From Candidatus Brocadiia bacterium (GTDB lineage: Bacteria; Planctomycetota; Brocadiia; SM23-32): 64,000 nucleotides of DNA. Under the pieces are notes generated by a model. That model was not told where the DNA came from. It did no database searches and saw only the letters and a list, made by a program, of their open reading frames with translations. Made by a program: the position numbers and the translations under genes. The stretch covers positions 1 through 64,000 of the forward strand of contig JBKHIT010000019.1 of the NCBI GenBank assembly GCA_046538485.1. Reading direction: 5' to 3'. Below, one piece after another: positions 38,779-49,063 of the stretch (position 1 is its first letter; each line of letters starts with the position of its first letter).

Positions 38779-39789
38779 TTAGAACTGATTAAGAAAACGG
38801 ACATCCCCCTGGTAAAAGAGACGAATGTCATCGATACCGTATTTGGTCATGGCGATACGTTCTATGCCGACTCCAAACGCAAAACCTGTGTATTTTTCAG
38901 CATCGTATCCAACAGCGTCGAATACGTTTGGGTCGACCATCCCGGCGCCACCGAGTTCGAGCCAACCGCTGTAGGAGCATGTGCTGCAACCGCTTCCGTG
39001 GCACGCGGGACAAGTGCAGTCAAACTCAGCACTTGGTTCCGTAAAGGGAAAATAGGAGGGGCGAAACCGCACTTCAATGTCCCCCGAGAACAGCTCCCGG
39101 GCGAAAATATGAAGAACAGCTTTTAGATCGCCAAAGTTGACACCTTCATCGACCATGAGCCCTTCGACCTGGTGGAACATTGCGCTGTGACGTGCATCTT
39201 CGGTATCGGGTCGGAAACACCGGCCGGGAGCGATGATGCGCACGGGCGGTTTCGTGTTTTCCATAACCCGAATTTGGACCGTAGAAGTTTGGCTTCTCAA
39301 AAGGATATTGTCGGAGATGTAAAACGTATCAAAAGCATCTCGTGAAGGGTGATCTGGTGGAATGTTGAGGGCTTCAAAGTTGTACCAATCGAGTTCAACT
39401 TCCGGTCCAGTAGCGGTTGTGAAACCCAGGCTGCGGAATATGTCGCCAATTTGCTCGACAGTTTGTGAGAGCGGATGGATATGTCCGACTGGGGGACGAC
39501 GGCCCGGCAGGGTAGGATCGAAGGTTGCTGTTTCAGGGGTTTGTTGACCTTGACAGGACTTTTGCGCTTCTTCGACAAGCTTTTCGAGTTCTTGTTTAAG
39601 AGCGTTTGCAGCTTTCCCGGCCTCTGGACGTTCTTCAGGCGGAAGTTCAGGAATAGCCGAGAACAAATCTGGCATAATGCCCTTGCGTCCCAAATAATGA
39701 ACGCGGAGTCTCTCCACGTCTTCAGGCGTGGTTGCATTTTTGAATTGCTGCCGTGCTTCAGACAGAATCTGGTCGGTCTTTTCCGTCAC
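38779..39789 (-). CDS. pheS: Phenylalanyl-tRNA synthetase alpha subunit
   Basis: HPSR...DTFY, FHQVEG, FPFTEPS.E, GFAFG.G.ER. Confidence 0.97.
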   Translation of the reverse strand: MTEKTDQILSEARQQFKNATTPEDVERLRVHYLGRKGIMPDLFSAIPELPPEERPEAGKAANALKQELEKLVEEAQKSCQGQQTPETATFDPTLPGRRPPVGHIHPLSQTVEQIGDIFRSLGFTTATGPEVELDWYNFEALNIPPDHPSRDAFDTFYISDNILLRSQTSTVQIRVMENTKPPVRIIAPGRCFRPDTEDARHSAMFHQVEGLMVDEGVNFGDLKAVLHIFARELFSGDIEVRFRPSYFPFTEPSAEFDCTCPACHGSGCSTCSYSGWLELGGAGMVDPNVFDAVGYDAEKYTGFAFGVGIERIAMTKYGIDDIRLFYQGDVRFLNQF

Positions 39790-39844
39790 AGAAAGGGCCT
39801 CCCCGCACTAAGGTTGGATGTCGGCGTTTTGGGATCGGGCGCTT

Positions 39845-40222
39845 TCAGGTTTGTGCCACAGCAGGATCGCCTTCCATTTTGGCACGCGCAATGGAGACGA
39901 TTTCATCAAACGCACCGGGATCTGAAATAGCGAGCTCTGCGAGCATTTTACGGTTCAACTGAACATCAGCTTTTTTAAGCCCGCCGATCAAACGACTATA
40001 GTTCATATTGCGCATGCGGGCAGCTGCGTTGATGCGAGTGATCCAGAGTCGCCGGAAATCTCGTTTTTTCTGGCGCCGATGATACCAACTGTACCTCCAG
40101 GCGCGCCGCAGCGATTCTTTTGCCGTCCGGTACAGTTTGCTACGACCACCCCAGTATCCTCGGGCGGCCCGAAAAACCCTTTTTCTCTTACGTGCTTTTG
40201 CTGCGCCTTTTTTCGTTCTCAT
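39845..40222 (-). CDS. rplT: 50S ribosomal protein L20
   Basis: KRDFRRLWITRINAA, LNRKMLAELA. Confidence 0.97.
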   Translation of the reverse strand: MRTKKGAAKARKRKRVFRAARGYWGGRSKLYRTAKESLRRAWRYSWYHRRQKKRDFRRLWITRINAAARMRNMNYSRLIGGLKKADVQLNRKMLAELAISDPGAFDEIVSIARAKMEGDPAVAQT

Positions 40223-40257
40223 TTTTTGAAACTTTCTTCATATGGGTTCGGACGGAA

Positions 40258-40455
40258 TCAGCCCGAAAAATCGTACTGTTTTTTCAGTTTTTTGACTTCA
40301 CAGGGTTCAAGCTGATCCCATTTTCGCAGGCGGCGTTTGCGTTTGGAGCGTTTTTTGCCCAAAAGATGACCGCGGCCGGAGCGCGCGTGCATAATTTTTC
40401 CCGTTTTTGTGACTTTTAACCGTTGTTTAAGACCTTTGTGTGTCTTTTCTGACAT
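40258..40455 (-). CDS. rpmI: 50S ribosomal protein L35
   Basis: KTHKG...R.K.T.TGK, HLL.KK; between infC and rplT. Confidence 0.93.
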   Translation of the reverse strand: MSEKTHKGLKQRLKVTKTGKIMHARSGRGHLLGKKRSKRKRRLRKWDQLEPCEVKKLKKQYDFSG

Positions 40456-40575
40456 GAACTAACACCTTAATTGGCAGTGAGTCTGATTGTTGACAGTGAA
40501 AATCGCTTATGGGGAAAACACAGATTTAAAAGTTTGCTTTGAATCCGGGGGTTATGGCGCTACGGTTTTGCCGGA

Positions 40576-41097
40576 TTATCGGGGGCACAACAACATTGTT
40601 ATACGTCCAGCGCTTTCCCGAGTCGGTTCGCGTTCAATTTTGCCGACTTCCTCAAACCGGTCCGCGAAATCGTACATGTGTTCCATAGCTTGTTTCCCGT
40701 GGACCTTTTCGCGTCCGGATAGGTTCATACTGATCAATACTTTATTGTGGTTCTTAAGAAATTCGATAACGCGATCAGCTTTAAAGTTCAGATCATGTTC
40801 TTCGGTGCTGATCCCGATCCGAATTTCCTTCAACTCGCTTTTATGCTTTTTTTGTTTTTGGCGGCGTTTTTGCTGGCGGTACTTAAATTTCCCATAGTCC
40901 AAAACCTTGCAAACAGGCGGGTCGGCATCTGCTGCAATTTCAACAAGGTCCAAACCTTCTTCTTCTGCCCGAGTTCGGGCCTCTTCAAGTGGAACAATTC
41001 CTATGTGTTCCCCATCGCCCATCACGAGCCGAACAACATCGCCTTCAATCCTGTCGTTTACCCGATAATCGGGGGTCGAGGATTTTTGTTTAGACAA
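40576..41097 (-). CDS. infC: Translation initiation factor IF-3
   Basis: LDLVEI....PPVCK..DYGKFKY; TTG start. Confidence 0.95.
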   Translation of the reverse strand: MSKQKSSTPDYRVNDRIEGDVVRLVMGDGEHIGIVPLEEARTRAEEEGLDLVEIAADADPPVCKVLDYGKFKYRQQKRRQKQKKHKSELKEIRIGISTEEHDLNFKADRVIEFLKNHNKVLISMNLSGREKVHGKQAMEHMYDFADRFEEVGKIEREPTRESAGRITMLLCPR

Positions 41098-41163
41098 GTA
41101 TAGGTTCCTTTAGGAATAGTAAGGGTTGCTGACAGTCCAACGGAAAGCGGCCACTGACCTTTA

Positions 41164-41192
41164 AGAATAAGCAAAATCGGCAGCGCAGTCAA
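41164..41192 (-). promoter_or_regulatory. sigma70 promoter of infC operon
   Basis: TTGACT, 17 bp, TATTCT on minus strand. Confidence 0.55.
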
Positions 41193-41249
41193 GCTGCCTG
41201 CGAATCTCGGCGATGCTAAAAGGGGAAGACCCTCAGCCTGCATCTTACG

Positions 41250-41400
41250 GTTGCTCATCACTGATTTTAAGTTGTCAGATTTATGCGCCGTTTTTTTAGC
41301 CCGGATTTTCGGCTGAGAAGGGTTATGAACGGTGTTCAGTAAAGATTCTTCCCTGATTTGGTACGAATGGGTTCCAATTATCCGTAAAATCCGGGCTGGA
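41250..41400 (+). repeat. Dispersed ~150 bp element, copy C (longest)
   Basis: Matches 60789-60942 (inverted) and 14284-14388; internal IR AGCCCGGATTTT/AAAATCCGGGCT. Confidence 0.9.
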
Positions 41401-41428
41401 CTCTGGGATGCGTCAAGGACCGTAGAAA

Positions 41429-43504
41429 CTATTTATTGTCCTTTTCGACAGCACCCGCGAATTTGTTGTTAAGCGTCGTCAGTAGTTTTCGAGAGAGTAT
41501 TTCAGCGGTTTTAACGCGAGCCCGTTCCACGGCCTTCTCGCGCGAATCCGTGTGTGCGTCCTTACCGCATGCCTCTAATGTTGCTATAACAGAGTTGGGT
41601 GGCAATGTGCTGTCGATGACACGAAGCGTTGCAGGTACGTTGACAAAGTGCAGTTTTCCGTATGAGGTCTCACGGGTTTCCACCGTTTTGGCATCGCTCT
41701 TACCAGCACAAATAAGAAGCATTGTTTCGGCCCCGGCCATTTTAACCGGGCGGAAGGCTTGGGCCATCTTATCGACGGACGCGTCGGCCGCAAGTTTGCC
41801 CTCACGTACCGCGGGAGGCATTGCATCAGCGTCGACAATGCTGTAACCGGCTTTTTTGAGAGTTTCCCGAATGTGAGCAGCAATATCCCTTGCAGTGTCC
41901 AAATCCTGGCTATCTTTACTCCGAAAGAAAACGGCGATTCGAGTGTTTTCCTGTCTTCGTAGCGCTGCACGGAAAACGACCCCGGGGACCTCAATATCAT
42001 TGAGGTTAACATGCGGACAATCATGAGTGAGATCCATCTCACAACGAATGGCTACGCGGGAGCGGGACGCCTGTTTGATGTCTTTAACAACGCAGGCGAT
42101 TCGACCGTTCTTATCGGTTTTGGCTGGCGCATCGAGACTGCCGGCCCCTTTCTTGAAATAAAACCGCATGGCCTGGTCCGGGACCGGAGTTTTGTTTTTA
42201 CCAACGTGCAAACTGGCAACAAGAGGTTCCTGTAGAACTTCGTGTCCTGGGTTCCATTGCCGGTCCCCGCTGACCTTTGATACTGCAAACTCTTTAACTA
42301 AAGAGTTAAGAGATTCTTTGCAACGGGCGACATCAATTTGTTCCCATTTGTCCGGATGAAACAATGTCTCTTCACCGGTCAAAAATATGGCGGCTAGCTG
42401 ATATTTGACGGCTTTTTGCAGAAGACAGAATGCCTCAAGGTGCTTTGAAAGTGCTTTTACATAATTGTCGGCTTTATAATGTGCTGCGCCTGATTTAGAG
42501 AGTTCAGTCGCATCGGCGAGGGCTTCTTCGATCAAGCGGCTATAGGTCCTCTTTGCCGTTGAACGATCAATAATGGCGAGCGCGTAATAGGTTTTTGTAA
42601 CCTCGTCATGCCAGAATTTGGGCACCGAGATGTCGGGGAGTTCACTCTCATCCCAGAGCAATTTGTCAGCCCCCTCGAGCGCGGCTACACTTCGGGAAAA
42701 AACGTTTTGGTCGATCTTTAAAGCTATCCGGCGACGCAGCGTGCGGACGGTACCCATGAAGTGTCGATGCATTTCTGTTTTGGCAGCTTCCTTCGCTGCA
42801 TCATGCGTATCAGCCAAACCTATAGCATGAAGAAAGTCTTGACGTGGAAATTCTTTGTCCTCACCGCGAACCAACCAGCTCGGAGGGCTTTCTTTTAATC
42901 CGGATTCTTCCTTTTCATGTTTTGCCGATGCCCGAGCGAGGCGTTGTCGCAATAAAGAATCGAGAAAGTGTTCCAGTTCCGCCAGGGCTTTTTCCTTTTG
43001 GCCAGTGGGAAATGGGTTGAGACGCTCGGTGACACTCGAACTCTTTTCCCTTACGCGTCGATTAACGGTATTGACGGGCAGGCGGTACATGACGTAGATA
43101 GTTTTTTTCTTCTTGTCCTGCCATGTGTCGTGAGGCGGGACCTGGCGAAGCAAAGCATTGCCAACTTCCACGGCGACATTTTCAATGAACTGCTGTGTGG
43201 ACCTCGATTGGGGATCAATGAGTTCGTGATGATCCTCGACAAAAGCCTCGAGGGCAGCCCGGGTGTAGCCCTGGATCTTACGAAGCAACTCGGCACGAGC
43301 CTCGTTTTCGGCATCTTGGAGTTTGGAATCCCTGTTGTGACCGGACGCGTCGGAACCAACAGCCGAAATGAATGTTTCGTCGTCCTTCACTATGTGTTTT
43401 CCTCCTGGAAGCTCTGATTCTGATTGACCGAAGTTTCTGATACTTTCGCACGCCGGCAACAGCAGTGAGAATATCGCAACCAGACAGAGCAACATTTTCC
43501 GCAT
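41429..43504 (-). CDS. Lipoprotein with LPP20-like domains
   Basis: Lipobox LPAC; PSW...F..AIG.A.....A...A repeat-like LPP20 pattern. Confidence 0.65.
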   Translation of the reverse strand: MRKMLLCLVAIFSLLLPACESIRNFGQSESELPGGKHIVKDDETFISAVGSDASGHNRDSKLQDAENEARAELLRKIQGYTRAALEAFVEDHHELIDPQSRSTQQFIENVAVEVGNALLRQVPPHDTWQDKKKKTIYVMYRLPVNTVNRRVREKSSSVTERLNPFPTGQKEKALAELEHFLDSLLRQRLARASAKHEKEESGLKESPPSWLVRGEDKEFPRQDFLHAIGLADTHDAAKEAAKTEMHRHFMGTVRTLRRRIALKIDQNVFSRSVAALEGADKLLWDESELPDISVPKFWHDEVTKTYYALAIIDRSTAKRTYSRLIEEALADATELSKSGAAHYKADNYVKALSKHLEAFCLLQKAVKYQLAAIFLTGEETLFHPDKWEQIDVARCKESLNSLVKEFAVSKVSGDRQWNPGHEVLQEPLVASLHVGKNKTPVPDQAMRFYFKKGAGSLDAPAKTDKNGRIACVVKDIKQASRSRVAIRCEMDLTHDCPHVNLNDIEVPGVVFRAALRRQENTRIAVFFRSKDSQDLDTARDIAAHIRETLKKAGYSIVDADAMPPAVREGKLAADASVDKMAQAFRPVKMAGAETMLLICAGKSDAKTVETRETSYGKLHFVNVPATLRVIDSTLPPNSVIATLEACGKDAHTDSREKAVERARVKTAEILSRKLLTTLNNKFAGAVEKDNK

Positions 43505-44298
43505 AATGGAATTCCCTCCTTTGGTCCTTTTTGCCGAGTTAGTACTTCACCACCACGCCAATATTACCTCTTACGCCGCAGGAAGGTCAAATTTTCTTGT
43601 GTCCTTGCGGCAAGAATCCGCATTATACGTCTTTGAGTGCGCCGAATGGCTTCCAATTATAGCTGCTATGTGAAGCTTGATTATTTCTCTTTTCGGATGG
43701 AATCGGTGAGTTGTTGCCTTGATATAAAATAGTCCACTGTATCTGAAAATAACATCACCGCAAATTGGCTTGACAGGAAAGGCTCAGTGAGGGATAAATT
43801 AATTAGCGTATTTCCCATAGCTAAATGGTACAAACCATTGCCAAATTGCGGAGAATATGTCTGGTAAATTTGTCTCCGGGGATTTTTCTTGTTGCGATTG
43901 TGTCGTAAAAGGATGAAGCGGCGGACGACCTGGAAGAATCGGAAGGCAACGAGGACTGAGTGGAGTTCAGCTGTGGTATCTGTCCGGCGGCAGGTCTCAC
44001 AACAGACAGCCTGCCCGGAGAAGAAACATCCACTGTTTGAGGTTTCCTGCATGCATCGGATTCATCTTAAGTGGAACAATTGTCCCGTGGCAGAGACCCC
44101 GGTTATTTTATTTATGTCCTGACTCAAACAGACAGAATGCCACAGGGGATAGAACTGCCCTGGGATGTCAACAGTGCGTGGGACCCTTTTGTGGAACGGC
44201 CTCAGGCTTTTGCTGGGCGAGCACAACCTGATTTCAGTCGCGCCGCACAGCGAATTATGTCCGGGGCACGCGTATCGACAATTTCTGTTGAATGCTAT

Positions 44299-46182
44299 TC
44301 ACAGAGGCGACACAGTGATTTCCAGTTCCCCGGTCTTCTTCGGGGAGCGAAAAGACAGGAGAATGCGGGTGATTTGATCGCCCCACACGTTTTGAAGTCG
44401 ACTGTCTTCGAGGGCAAGCTCTTCGAGTTCAAACTGAATACTGGCGAGATCAAACGAAACCAGCGCATCCCCGGATTGCGTTGAATCCGTCAATTCTGAT
44501 TTTTCGAGGCGAATTCGGCCGTCACTGGCGATCTCAGGTTGGCAGGGTGTGATTAAGCTGAAGATCAGCTCCTCTGGTTTTGCTTCCAGGTCCCATGTAT
44601 CGCGAACAGAGATATGCTCGCCGCGCAGCAACGTTATCTCTCGATATAATGTATGGATGCCCGAATCCGTCGGCCATGCGGAAGTGATGTCCAGATGCAG
44701 CGAAGCCTCTTTTTCGGAGCAGTTATATTCAACATCGGCGGCGCAAGATTCACGGCCGGGCGACTGGCAAACTCCATTGATTGTCGGCAGATTGTGATAG
44801 CGAGACTGCATGGTCCAGATTTCGTAGCGCTCTTTGCTGAATGTTTTCCGACGGTACGTCTCCACCCCAACGTCGATCAGTACCGGAAGGCCATCGTTGA
44901 AAACGATGAAATTGCCTATATCGTTGTGATTGTGGCTTTCAGCGTTATGGCCACCTTTTGCCGCCAGGTACAATCCATCGGGCGCTCCTGCATTCGAACG
45001 GGCGGCCATAAGTTGAGTTTCAGGCAACCAGACATCACGCAGGTAAGGAGGTTCCCCTGTGGCATCCTTGAGACCGTCTGTCATGAAAATGGCGGGGAGT
45101 TTCCGCTGCACTGACCCGGATAGCGTATTCTGGGGATATCCGGTTTTGCGAGCAAAATATCCGCCGAAATCTTTGAGCTTTGGCTCCCCGACTTTTCTGC
45201 CATATCGGATAAGATGAGCCGGAGAAGGGCGGCAGCGAGCGGAGGCGTCGGCGAAATTAACGAACCATTGATCGTCGATGTGCACCCGGTAGATGTAACA
45301 GCCCATTTCTTTGATCAAGGGGATATCAAAGAGATCAACCCGGCCGTCGGTTGCGGAATGGAGGAGCTCAAGACAGTCAAACAGGCTGGCACCCGCACGG
45401 TTCCAATAGCCAGGTCCCTCGTCGCATCCTCCATCTGCCGGGTAATCCTCGACGAAACAGTCGAGGCTACGGGTAATTTTCCGGACGCCCTGTATTCGTT
45501 TATCCTGATCTTTCTCGCATAGCAGCAGGGAGGCCAACCAGTTTGAATTGATCCACGGGTTCCAGTTGTTGGGATGAGCTTCTTTGGGGAATCCCATCCA
45601 CCAGAAATCGTCGCGTTCCAAGCAGACATCGAGCATGCGACGTCGAACTTCGTGCAGAATCCTCTTCGGGATAAAATCCGATATCTCTGCGAGAGATGAT
45701 CCAAGCAGATAATGGACCCAGGAGAGCCGTGCGGCTGTTTCAGCGGCGAAAAGATCCACCGTGATTTCCTGGACATCCGGGAGTCCGGGACCTGCTTCTT
45801 GGAGATGGAGATGGGCGGGGAGCCCCCAAAAACTTTCTTCGCAGATGCTCCAGACAGCATTAGCCAGAGGATCCAGAAATCGGCCATCTCCCTGGGCGCA
45901 CTCGGCGAAAATTAACCTGTGCAGAATCTTGCGTCTCTGTCCCAGAACCTTCTGGTACCGTGCACGGTTGCCCGTGCGATCGTAGTCGAGAAAAAGAGTT
46001 GCCGGCAGTAGCGGCCAATTTTCATCGAGCGCTTCTTCGCCTTTGTCAATCATATAAGAACGCATTTCGGAAGGAAGAGATTCCCATTTCTCGCGTTCAT
46101 CCGCGGTGGGATAAGGATGCCATAAACCAAATTGCACCAGACAGTGCGGCAGGTTGCTTGCATCAACGCGCTCTTTGAGCAT
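44299..46182 (-). CDS. Heparinase II/III-like protein
   Basis: NNWNPW, DGGCDEG..YW, NFAD, KGGHN.ESHNHND.G.F, HN...ING. Confidence 0.88.
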   Translation of the reverse strand: MLKERVDASNLPHCLVQFGLWHPYPTADEREKWESLPSEMRSYMIDKGEEALDENWPLLPATLFLDYDRTGNRARYQKVLGQRRKILHRLIFAECAQGDGRFLDPLANAVWSICEESFWGLPAHLHLQEAGPGLPDVQEITVDLFAAETAARLSWVHYLLGSSLAEISDFIPKRILHEVRRRMLDVCLERDDFWWMGFPKEAHPNNWNPWINSNWLASLLLCEKDQDKRIQGVRKITRSLDCFVEDYPADGGCDEGPGYWNRAGASLFDCLELLHSATDGRVDLFDIPLIKEMGCYIYRVHIDDQWFVNFADASARCRPSPAHLIRYGRKVGEPKLKDFGGYFARKTGYPQNTLSGSVQRKLPAIFMTDGLKDATGEPPYLRDVWLPETQLMAARSNAGAPDGLYLAAKGGHNAESHNHNDIGNFIVFNDGLPVLIDVGVETYRRKTFSKERYEIWTMQSRYHNLPTINGVCQSPGRESCAADVEYNCSEKEASLHLDITSAWPTDSGIHTLYREITLLRGEHISVRDTWDLEAKPEELIFSLITPCQPEIASDGRIRLEKSELTDSTQSGDALVSFDLASIQFELEELALEDSRLQNVWGDQITRILLSFRSPKKTGELEITVSPL

Positions 46183-46498
46183 GGAACGGCTCCCAGAATC
46201 AGTTTACTTCGACCAGGCGGGTTACCATAGAGGAAATCGAGGGGCAAAACCAAGGCTTTTCCCGAATAACGTGGTCTCTCTCGCTTGATTTGCGAAAAAT
46301 ACGGCTTCATTCGGCGAACCGGCCGGGGCCGCTGAAAGCAATGAGAAATGGGAGGTCAGTTTTTTGCACCTGACTGGTTGCTCCGGGGAGGCCGGGCGAG
46401 AGGGATTTTATCGCCAAAGAATTGCAACTCACTATGCCTTCTGCGTATCATCGTACAGATGGTTGGTAGCTCCGTTCGATGAATGAATGGATTTTTCA

Positions 46499-47239
46499 AT
46501 GGGAAAGAAGCGACTCGTGATTCTGGTGTTGAGCTTTATTCTGATAGTTTTAATAGGTTGCTTTCGCACGAGGCTGCGTTTTCTCGGGAAACGCTTACTG
46601 TGCATTGTCCGGGGGCGGGCGACTGTTTTGGAAAGGGTGGAGCAGTATGGGGCAGCCGGGAGGCACAGGATGCATCCGTATTTCCGCAAGTCCGGTATCG
46701 ATTACCCTCCGAAAAAGATTGTGCTGATTGGATTGAAACGTGAAAAATTGCTGGAAGTCTGGGCTTCTATGGAGGATTCTCGGTATTCACTTGTGAGGAC
46801 ATATCCGATTCTGAGCACAAGCGGAGAGCCTGGCCCCAAACTTCAAGAAGGGGATGGGCAGATGCCGGAGGGGTTTTACCGCATTGAATCGCTCAATCCT
46901 AACAGCAGCTATCACCTTTCTCTGAGGATTAACTATCCAAATGATTTCGACCTGCGACATGCCAGACGCGAAGGGCGGACCAATCCGGGGGGCGATATTA
47001 TGATTCATGGGGGCCGGGCTTCGCTCGGTTGCCTGGCAATGGGAGACCGGGTTGCGGAAGAACTTTTTGTGCTGGCAGCAGATGTTGGGGTGAAAAACAT
47101 TCGCGTTATCATGAGCCCGGTTGACTTTCGTAAGGGCGCTGAGGTGGTTTCAAGAGAAAGTATGCCTCCCTGGACCGATGAGCTGTATGCTCAGATAAAA
47201 TCTGAGTTGGAAGTGTTGCAAACCGATGCCGGGAGATGA
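46499..47239 (+). CDS. L,D-transpeptidase (YkuD/YafK-like)
   Basis: GPK..EGD...PEG.Y, YPN, GGDIMIHG...S.GC. Confidence 0.9.
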   Translation: MGKKRLVILVLSFILIVLIGCFRTRLRFLGKRLLCIVRGRATVLERVEQYGAAGRHRMHPYFRKSGIDYPPKKIVLIGLKREKLLEVWASMEDSRYSLVRTYPILSTSGEPGPKLQEGDGQMPEGFYRIESLNPNSSYHLSLRINYPNDFDLRHARREGRTNPGGDIMIHGGRASLGCLAMGDRVAEELFVLAADVGVKNIRVIMSPVDFRKGAEVVSRESMPPWTDELYAQIKSELEVLQTDAGR

Positions 47240-47569
47240 GACGCGCAAGTTCCGCAATTCGAGGCGTACACGACCAAAACCCACGGTGGGCACACCCGCT
47301 CTGATGATCAGGTGCGCGACAAAGTTGTCTTATCCCACCGATCGCAAATGTCGCCGCCGGGGGTAGACAGAGGACCACAGTTGCAGACGTAAGCGTCGGG
47401 CGACATTTGCACTTTGTTGGCGAGCAGCTTCCAGGTGTCAGGTTTCAAATCCTGTACGTCATCGCAATTGCCATTGAGCCAAAACACCGGCCCTCCGTTT
47501 GACGGATCATTTACTGAAATATAGCATCATGGGCTCTGATAAGTGTGATTAATAGAAAAGGTAAAGGTT

Positions 47570-48994
47570 GTGAGTGATAAACCTGATGTCGTCTGGATTT
47601 ACTGCGATGAGCTGCGAACCGACGCGCTCGGGTGCTACGGTCATCCCGAGATGGAACTTCATACTCCGAATCTCGACAGGCTTGCCGGAAGCGGCATACG
47701 TTTCGAGAACAATTTCTGCAATTCGCCTATCTGCGTTTCTTCACGGGTTTGTGCTCTGACTGGAATGCATCCGGAACAGACCGGGGTTTATTGCAACGAA
47801 GGAGCCTGGAAAAATTTTGAGCTTCCCCGGCCTCTGGATACTTTTCCCCAGGTGTTTTCCCGGCACGGATACCGGACGGCCAATTTTGGGAAAATCCATG
47901 TTGCCCGGCCGATGTATCCGGGCGCCAGCCCGGGGCCCGATATTTTTCAGCATCATAATGGGGAAGGCGGAGGTATGGGGTTCTGGAAAGACCTGGGGGA
48001 GGAGGCGGTTCAAATGATTCGCTCTCCCGGGGGGGGAATGAACGGCGGAATCTACCCTGGTGACGAACCGTATCTCCCGGAAAAAGTGACTACCAATGCC
48101 ATCGATTGGATGGAAAAAGTGGAGAGTCCGTCGTTCACGCGTCTTTCTATTCTGCAACCGCATACACCTGTTTTACCCCCGGAGGAATTTGTCGAGCTGT
48201 ACAAAGGACAGGATCCCGGAATGCCGGATCCATTACCGGAAACCGTGTCGGAGTTTGAGAAACGGGTTGCCGATGTGCACGGGCTGGACCGAATGGACCC
48301 GAAAGATCTGCGAGCGGCGCGGCTCCACTATTACGCCCTTGTTGCCTGGATCGATTCGCAGATCGGGCGTGTGCTTGAGTTTCTGGAACGGGAAGGGCGG
48401 CTGACGGAGACTATTGTTATTTTCGGGTCCGATCATGGCAATCCCCTCGGTGATACCGGTGCGTTCGAGAAACATACATTCACGCCAACTGTGCATCGGG
48501 TACCTCTGCTGATTTCCTGGCCGGACACGTTGCCGGATGGGCAAGTGCGAGACGATATTTCTGAGAGTCTTGACTATGGGCCGACTCTGATGTCGTTGTG
48601 CGGGATTGATATCCCCGAGCAGTATGAAGGACGGGACCTCTTTTCTGATCCAGCGCCGCAGGCCATCTGTTCGACCATCGGTTTTGGCCAGCCGGACTCG
48701 AAGATGGGGCCAAATGGGGGGTCAGGCGAATGGTTTGGCGGACGTGGTTGGCCGCGAAGAAGTTGCGTGCGAACAGCACGATGGCGGCTGGGGAAAAACA
48801 TGTTGCTGGATGGTGAAAAACCATCGCCGGAAGATGAGGATATTTTTCTGGCAGATGTTCAGGAAGATCCTAAAGAAATGGTGAATTTGGCCACAGAGCC
48901 ACGTTACGCAGAGGTTGTGAATGATTTGTCAAGAAAGCTCGATAAACATGCTGAAGGTTCTCTGGAAGTTCCACACCGGTGCCTTGTGCGTTGA
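47570..48994 (+). CDS. Cys-type sulfatase
   Basis: DELR.D, TPNLD.LA, CVSSR, GKIH, SDHG. Confidence 0.9.
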   Translation: MSDKPDVVWIYCDELRTDALGCYGHPEMELHTPNLDRLAGSGIRFENNFCNSPICVSSRVCALTGMHPEQTGVYCNEGAWKNFELPRPLDTFPQVFSRHGYRTANFGKIHVARPMYPGASPGPDIFQHHNGEGGGMGFWKDLGEEAVQMIRSPGGGMNGGIYPGDEPYLPEKVTTNAIDWMEKVESPSFTRLSILQPHTPVLPPEEFVELYKGQDPGMPDPLPETVSEFEKRVADVHGLDRMDPKDLRAARLHYYALVAWIDSQIGRVLEFLEREGRLTETIVIFGSDHGNPLGDTGAFEKHTFTPTVHRVPLLISWPDTLPDGQVRDDISESLDYGPTLMSLCGIDIPEQYEGRDLFSDPAPQAICSTIGFGQPDSKMGPNGGSGEWFGGRGWPRRSCVRTARWRLGKNMLLDGEKPSPEDEDIFLADVQEDPKEMVNLATEPRYAEVVNDLSRKLDKHAEGSLEVPHRCLVR

Positions 48995-49063
48995 AAATGT
49001 TGCAAGTTTTTCACGCATTAATTCTGATAGCCGCGTGGCTGAAGCGCTGAAGAGAGGAAGAAA

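Noticed and set aside
43681..44484. Several ORFs in the 0.8 kb gap, with a possible glycoside hydrolase remnant (MHR...YF...WDP)
   Set aside because: Similarity too weak to support by eye; ORFs overlap each other and the heparinase gene.
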